Part shown: piece after piece, positions 56,560 through 64,000 of the stretch | Layout of the letters: each line of letters begins with the position of its first letter | Position numbering within the stretch: position 1 is the first letter of the stretch | Notes under the pieces: model-generated | What the model was told of the DNA's origin: nothing | The model's input: the letters and a program-made list of their open reading frames with translations, nothing else | The model's database searches: none | DNA from: the human T2T-CHM13v2.0 reference genome, Homo sapiens | Reading direction: 5' to 3' (one strand) | DNA: 64,000 bases | Assembly (NCBI RefSeq): GCF_009914755.1 | Contig: NC_060935.1 | Program-made: the position numbers and the translations under genes

Positions 56560-57185
56560 AAGAAATAAGAAACAAGTTTGGAGATGCAGGCAAAGTCTCT
56601 ATTCACCCACTCATTCAACCATCCAATTATATCCTTCAGCACTAACAGAGAAAAACCTCTTCAGACACTGGTGCTTTCCACAGCTCTTCTCAGGGGTCAG
56701 TCTGGTAATGAGTTTGGGACTTCAAAACATGCCATGCAGCCAGGCAAACTGCTCCTCTATAGTAGTCATGAGGACCTCCACACTCCTGAGCCCAACAGAC
56801 ATCTTTCAATTCTCATGGTACCTGACAACTGCATTGCATTTGATAGGGTTCTTTCCATTCTCCTGGTTCATTTTCATTTCTCCAAATATAGTTTTTTTTC
56901 CCTATCACGTCCTCCACCAATTTGACCTCTTCAGTTGGAATTCCTCAAGCCTCAGTTTTGAGCCCCCTTTTCCTCTTACTCTATGCTTTCTCTCAAAACA
57001 TTTGACTCCACACTCTTGTTTTAAATTCCATCTCTCTGAGAAGGATCCATGTGTTCACATACTCTGTTGTTCAAGAAAGAAAACATGTCATTCTTCTTGC
57101 CATTTTCGTCTCTGTCTTCACTTTCAATCTACTACCAAATCCTACTGACTTTTGCATCCTAGATAGCTCTCTAAATCATCAATTT
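56292..57185. repeat. 191-bp inverted duplication (56292-56482 / 56995-57185)
   Basis: Manual reverse-complement alignment: ~16 mismatches in 191 bp, no gaps. Confidence 0.95.
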
Positions 57186-57201
57186 CATTTTGTTTCTACC
57201 A

Positions 57202-57333
57202 TCATCATCCAAACCCAAGCCACAGCCAGTACTCACCTGGCTCCCAAAGGCTATCTTTGCTTCCACTTCATCATCCAAACCCAAGCCACAGCCAGTACTC
57301 ACCTGGCTCCCAAAGGCTATCTTTGCTTCCACT
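57202..57333. repeat. Perfect 66-bp tandem duplication
   Basis: 57202-57267 is identical to 57268-57333. Confidence 0.97.
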
Positions 57334-57769
57334 CATGACACTCCCATCTTGCCCCTGTTTTCCAAGGAGCAATTAAAACAAATGTTTAAATATTTAAATC
57401 ATGTTTTCTCTTCTACTTAAAATGTCTAATTTAGTGGCTTCCTTGCATACTTAAAGATACAACATTCTTAATAGAAATCCCAAAGCCTCCATTTACCCCG
57501 CACTTAATTGACATTTGCAGACTCACCCTATACCACCTCCTCCCTCTCGTCAGGCTGTAGATACACCGGCCTTTCTAAAATTACTGACATTCACCAAGAT
57601 CTGTTCTCTAATCTGCTATGGACTCTTTCTGAAATGCCTTTCCTCCTCTCTGGAGATCATCTCTACCCCTTCCTCAGGTCTCATATTTAACAGTTCTTCC
57701 TCAGGGAAACCTGTACTTCTCTGCCTGTACTATACTTTCCTCTTAACAGATATCACTCCCAGACTCATA

Positions 57770-58074
57770 TACATATATATATATATATATTTGAGACAGA
57801 GTCTGCCTCTGTTGGCCAGGCTGGAGTGCAGTAGCATGATCTCAGCTCACTACAACCTGTTCCTTCTGGGTTCAAGTGATTCTTCTGCCTCAGCCTCTCG
57901 AGTAGCTGAGATTACAGATATGTACCACCACTCCTGCTTAATTTTTGTGTTTTTAGTAGAGTTGGGATTTCACCATATTGGCCAGGCTGGTCTTGAACTC
58001 CTAACCTCAAGTGATCCATCAGCCTCGGCCTCCTATGGTGCCAGGATTACAGGCATGTGCCACCATGCTCAGCC
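57770..58074 (-). mobile_element. AluS with an (AT)n-type tail
   Basis: Full Alu. TSD-like CCAGACTCATAT / CCACACTCACAT. Confidence 0.93.
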
Positions 58075-59469
58075 CCACACTCACATTTTTATATGTGTGG
58101 CTCTCTATTTAATATGTGCTTCCCCCACTTACTGTGGACTCCCTAAAGCATGGAACATATTTGTTGGCTTACCACTGTGAAATTAACAGAAAACTGGTAC
58201 TTATGAAATACTCGTTGAATATTTGTTATATAAATGAACTGATATATGAATAAATGGAGGAAAAAGAGCCACTCCCCATCTTTTACTCCTTCTCACAGTA
58301 TTGCAGGTTTGGCTTGCATTTCGAGATTTTGCTTTCTTTCTATCTGAGGTGGTTCTCCCAGGTCCAATTATACCTGAGCTTCCCCTGCTTCTTTTGCAGC
58401 TCTGGCCAAGCCACTAGATTCCTCTGAATGTTAATCAAGCCATCTGGAAAATAGGGCATGAAATTGTATGTCCCTGACTAGCAGCAGATGCAGCAACTGA
58501 GCTGAGCTGTGTTTCCTTTTCAGTAACTAATTGCACACATGCTGCAATACAGAGAAAAACATTATAAATCAATTAGGCTATTACAGCAACATTGTGCTCT
58601 GTAACTAGAGAACTAGGCCTTGTGTTGCATAGTGGGAGACAGGAGCACCTGATTCTCCTTGCAATGGCCTTGGATAATTACTTACATCGTTGCATTTGAT
58701 TGTCTCACCTCCAATGCAGGTTTCCAGGAAGATTTGTTTACTGATCTTTCTTAAGGGATTTGATTTCCTGGATTGGCAGGTGTCATGTTGCTGGAGGAAG
58801 ACAGTGGCTTAAAAGTATTATTGAATAAAACACACATGTAAGTGTTTGATGCTCATGCTGTCTTCAACAGTCAAGGTCAGAGCTTAGTTGGTGCTTTGGG
58901 CCAGAGTTACAGGAGCAAGGGGAATGTGAAACCATGAAGTAGCTGTGGAGTTGGCAATGTCCCCAAATGCCCAAGGCTTAGGAGACATTTATATGGGCAT
59001 AATAGAAATCAGATGAGCTGGATTTTGGGGAGGTGGAGAGAGGGAGAGTGGAGAGAGGGGACTGTAAAAGGTACTTAGTATTCTCTATTTCTCCTCCTTG
59101 CTGTCTTTGTTTTAACTTTCATGGGAAGTGAACTTATAGAGAAACTTATAAGTGAACTCGAATGTGCTTCTGGAGATAAATCTTTCACATTTTTACAGTC
59201 CACAGAGGAGGGGGTAGGCAAGAGAAAGAGGCCAGAGTTTTACTAAAGATAAAGGAAATGTTGTAAAAGAAGGTAAATATGGATTTTAGAAGAAGCCTCT
59301 AATACAATTGTTGGATAGTCAACGAGTTTGTTGGAAATTTGCAAAGCTCATCTGGATAATTTGGATGAGAATGTTGCCATCAGGACTAATGTTATTTGAA
59401 AGGGAATGCAGACATGTTGTGATCAACTTTTCTCTAATTATGCCATGTGTTAATTTTGTCTTGTCACAC

Positions 59470-59620
59470 AGTTGTCCTCAATCCTGGCTGCACATTAAGT
59501 GATGTGGGAAGCTTCATAAATAGAGCAATGTTCCTAGGATCTCTGGAGGTGGGACTTAGGCATTGGCATTCTTTAAAATTTCTCCAGATCATTCTCTTAT
59601 GCAGTAGTGTTAAGAGCAGA
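59470..59620. mobile_element. MER5B-like MITE with an internal deletion
   Basis: tcctcaatcctggctgcacatt..tctctggaggtgggacttaggcattggcatt..ctccagatcattct..atgcag. Confidence 0.6.
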
Positions 59621-60754
59621 GAACTATAACCAAGATCTTGAAATCAGGAACTTCGATACATACATAAATTATCCCATTGAGCCCCTGGATGTTCATATGT
59701 ATTATCTCTGTTTAATATTCACAGTTTGTCTCCATGAGGTCATACAGCTGCTTGAGGTTGCTCGGAGAGTAAGAAGCAGAATGAGAACTAGAACAGAAGC
59801 TCACTTTGGCCTGAAGGCTCATGTGCTGAGCATCTTCCCTTGTCTGTCTCCACCCCTAGCCTGGTGCCCAGCATGTAGAAGACCTTCAGTAAGTACCAGG
59901 TTGCTGACTAAGTAACTGAGGAAATGACTCACAATTGGACCATTCCCATGCTGAAATTCCACAAGAATCTTGTTATCGCCTGCACATTGCTTAGGCAAAC
60001 ATAATTCTAGACAAAAATGGAACCCCAGAAATCTCAGTCAACATCCCTCACTCAAAGCCTAGCACCTGGCTTCCTTCTAACAGTGCCCTCTGTTGAGTGT
60101 TCACCTGGGATTTCCAGGACTGCAGCTGCTGTCTCTTTATAAACCCAGGCCTGGGTCACAGGGTGGGGAGAAAACAATGAGTGTTTTGGTTGTTTGGTGA
60201 TATCCGGTGCCACTTTGTGCCGCTTGTTGCAAATTCAGTCCCATTTCCTGTGAACTGCCTCCTTGGGCTTGACTCCCCAGCACCATACAGGGGCTTCAGG
60301 GACACTTGGAAAACAATCTGTGCTCTGACCTCGGTGTCCCTGGACCTATCAATTGCCTAAGGCAGGGAGACTGCTCATACTTCAAGTAGTGGCCTGGGGA
60401 CAAGATGGATCAGGAAGTAGAAAATAGAAAAGGATGGGGGTGAGGAGCCAGGGCAGGAGAGGAAGGTTATAAGGAGGAACAATGAGAGATGGACAGCTTT
60501 TTATTCTCTACAGAATGGGCTGTTTCCTAGACGTCACGGGATCATCATGTGGTGGAGATTGCAAGAGGCCAGTTTGGGGGTGAGGAGGGATTGCCGAGTA
60601 CATATTTTATCACTGTGATGTGACTCAAGGGCGTCATTCCCTGTAAACAACTTTTGAGTAGGAGGGTTTTCTCTGGATAAGAAATTAACCAGTTAGCAGT
60701 CAAGAAATGGCAAAAGCTCAAGTAACAATTCTGTATACTTAACAAAATACTGTT

Positions 60755-60950
60755 AAACTCATTCATTCATTCGTTCAGCAGAAGTATGTCCAGGTACATC
60801 TCTGTACAAGGCATTGGGCTGATTGTCAGTTATATAGCAGCCTCCAAGAACAACATCATATTCGACCCCAGGAACTATAGTCCAGTGGGAAACACAGACA
60901 TTGAACAAAAAGTACAATGTGAAGAATATAGTAGGAGGAAAGAAACAGGA
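60755..60950 (-). mobile_element. L2 3' fragment
   Basis: (ATTC)n tail, ctctgtacaaggcattgggct and agtccagtgggaaacacagaca. Confidence 0.6.
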
Positions 60951-60965
60951 GCATGCATTATGTCA

Positions 60966-61271
<306 letters not shown>

Positions 61272-62389
61272 TAAATACAACTTTTTGATGATTAACCTCA
61301 TTATAAACTTCATTTATTAATGCCATTTCACATTGAGGATCTGAGAGGTTAGGTGGTCAGGACTTGAACATGCACATTCCGCCTTAGTTCCTCCTCTCCT
61401 GTTACTCTGTAATCAATACCACAAAACCTCCCCAGCTCAGCTGCTTTCCACCCTTGTGGCCTGAGGCCTGAGACTGCTTCCACCATACTGAATACCATTC
61501 TGTGGTGCTTCAATGTTAACCCCTGTCATAAGCAACAGGCTCTGCAATAGTGTCCCCTGGCTTCTCAGCCCAATGCCTAAGGTGACCGACGCTCAATCAG
61601 CAACGCAATTATGCAATGAAAACAGCTACACAGGGAAAACCAGAACCATGAAAGTGGGTCAGGTCCAAACCATCTTTGTACCATGTGGCTTGCAGAAACC
61701 CAGATCTCGTTTGCTTGCTTGCTGATGCTGAATTTGGGGATATGCATGCCTTTTAAAATAAGAAAGTATTTATTCTTAGATGCTCTTAGACTGTTTTGAA
61801 GCTAGAGCCATTGTAGTTTTGCACACTTACTTCATAAAGGAACTGTACCTATAGTTTAAAAGTTGTTATTTGGTAATTGTCATGTAATGATTATCTCCTT
61901 GCTCTCCTTACCACTCTGATTGTATACAAGTTGATTTCCCTGTTTCAGGAGGGGTTTTCTGATGCATATACTATAGACAATCTTCTCTATTTACACTTCA
62001 GTTTTTAAAAAACTAAGCTTTTTTTTTTAAAAAAAGTGAAAGTCATAATCTGTTTCTTTTCAAAGTCCTAGATGCAATGGGATTAAACTTGGAGAAAATG
62101 GGATTAAACTTGGACAAACACTACCTATTTGGACTTGTGATGATGGCTTTCAAACTTCTTAAAGCAATGAAGTATTTTTTCCAGAAGAAACCTTACACAA
62201 GAAGCCCAGCACACTGAGTCAAGCATATGTAGGTGGAAGATATCTGGTTGAGACCAAGTAGAGATAAACCTGTAGATTCAACTGTGCCACCACAGTGAAT
62301 TCTAAGAATCCACTGACTGTGATCTGTAAGCTCCTACTCCACAGGAGGTCAGGGCACACAGCTTGAAACCGGAAGGCAGAAGAGTGACA

Positions 62390-62620
62390 GGGAAGGGTCA
62401 TGGACTCTGAAATTAGAGCTATCTGTGTTTTAATACTAGTTCCAATAGGCACATGGTCTTGGATAAATGGTTTAAATTATCTGAGTCTCAATTTCTTTCT
62501 CTGCAAAAAGGGATGATTAGTACATATGTAATAGGGTTTTTATAGAAAATTGTATAACTTGTTAAACACACATGTACTAAGTGCTTGGTGCCCAGTATGC
62601 ACTGAATAAATGCTAGCTCC
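62390..62620 (+). mobile_element. MIR
   Basis: catggactctgaaattaga..gtcttggataaatggtttaaattatctgagtctcaatttc..ctgcaaaaagggatgat..aataaatgctagct. Confidence 0.7.
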
Positions 62621-64000
62621 TTGCCTTTCATCTCTATGACCCTTCCCAAATCTCTCAGCCCCATATTGCTTCATGTAGTGTGTGTATATTTGGGAAAATT
62701 TGTGTGCATATTTACAGATGGGATCCTACTCTTCTATTGACAGACTGTCTTTTCAGATGTGCCTTACTTTCATTGCATTGGTTTTTCAACTGAAAGTGAA
62801 CATAAAGGTTTTAAGCATGCCTAGGTCTTATCTTTTTGGTCAAATATCTAACACCCTCAATAACAGTTGTAAATCATTCTTTTGTAATTTGATCATTCAT
62901 TTTTATAAAGTAAAACACAACTGCCCACTGTAAAAATAGACTTCATTTGCTCTTTTCTTCCAGTGCAGCAAATGACAGACACTTTAAGAACACACATTTA
63001 ACTTCAGCAAACAAATCATGTATATTTTAGACATAACTGTCAAGTATAGAAATGATACCATCCAACTTACCAAACTATCACATAAGAATGCCCAATAGCA
63101 GACATTAGGATGGGGCAAAACTGAAAGAAGGATTGACTTCATCAAACCCTTGATGACATACAAAATGGAAACCATTCAAGTTCAACTGAAGAAAACGATA
63201 TCCCACAAGATCTAGGGGTAAAAAGCAGACAAAGTTTAGGAATGAATTTAAACTACTGACTTACGTGTTGTCAGGAGTCTATTTCTATTCCTCAATTTTA
63301 CTCCTTTTTGTACAACTGTGTGCATTCTCTCTCTGACTCTCTCTTCCTCCCTCCCAACACCCCCCACCCTCTTCTTGTTGCTGTTTCTCTCTATTTCTTC
63401 AGATCAAAGGGTTGATCTCTTCCAAATGTATATATTACAGATCCACACTCTTAGAAAAACAACAGAATCTCTCTAGTGCTTAATTTAATTTGTCCATCTA
63501 AAAGATATTACTTGGCCCAATTTGACCAAGCACCATCTACTGGACCAAATAATGGTGGCCAGAGAAGCATGGTCACAATGGGGAATGGGAATAAGATGGG
63601 GATCATATGGGGACTAAGAATGGGCAAGAACATCTCCCAGAGTGGTAAGAGAAACAATCTAATGGGCATATATTCCCAGTGTCCTCAAATACTCCTCTAC
63701 CCTAAATTGCTTGCTCTGCTCTTGGGCCTTTGGATGTGCTGACCTGAGTAGTGGTAACAAGTTCAGAATTGTAGGGAAAGGGCTATGAGTTTATATTTTA
63801 AGGGCAGAGAGTGGCATTTATGCAGTGGAAACACATGGAAGATGAGTAGGATTGTGAAGGATAAACTTGGGAAAAGAACAATGACCTGAAGAGTACTAAT
63901 AAATGCAGGGATGGGTGACCAGAAAGAAAGGATAGATAGGAGGAAAATCTTAGAGTAAAACTGGCAAAAGTTCATGGCCAGTTTAGTTAATGGAATCAAG

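Larger units (their letters stand above)
56900..58260 (+). mobile_element. L2 interrupted by an Alu
   Basis: caatctactaccaaatcct..ccaagccac..ctcacctgg..agtggcttcc..gaaatgcctttcctc..ttcctcagggaaacct..gaatatttgtt..gaataaatg. Confidence 0.7.

Noticed and set aside
56525-57148. 207-aa ORF spanning the rearranged region
   Set aside because: Runs through degenerate L2 and pyrimidine-rich sequence, with F/S/L-biased composition typical of non-coding DNA.
60081-60096. Additional CTCF-like motifs (TCAACAGAGGGCAC here; similar at ~42230 and ~55475)
   Set aside because: Mismatches in the 5' CC core. Such partial matches are expected by chance.

Overview
This is primate genomic DNA, most likely human, judging from the AluY/AluS/AluJ, L1PA3, MLT2, MER5/20/53, MIR and L2 content. 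It reads as intergenic or deep-intronic sequence. I find no supportable host protein-coding gene, RNA gene or CRISPR array. The long ORFs in the track come from L1, Alu or low-complexity sequence, or are short chance ORFs. Main contents: a stack of three ancient L1 relics with two MLT2 solo LTRs (1-8.2 kb), one full-length but dead L1PA3 (19280-25453), 14 Alus or Alu fragments, several hAT MITEs, and microsatellites. Most notable observations: (i) a fossil template-switch rearrangement at 56.1-57.3 kb, with a 79-bp direct duplication and a 191-bp inverted duplication of matching age, next to a perfect 66-bp tandem duplication; (ii) a small inverted self-copy inside an Alu monomer at 47.7 kb that preserves the older tail/TSD junction; (iii) an intact, extended antisense ORF0 in the L1PA3, which also keeps the ZNF93-target segment and has no TSD; (iv) several strong CTCF motifs. 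I cannot support a claim of a wholly new biological system. Subfamily names were assigned from recalled consensus sequences and need confirmation with RepeatMasker/Dfam.
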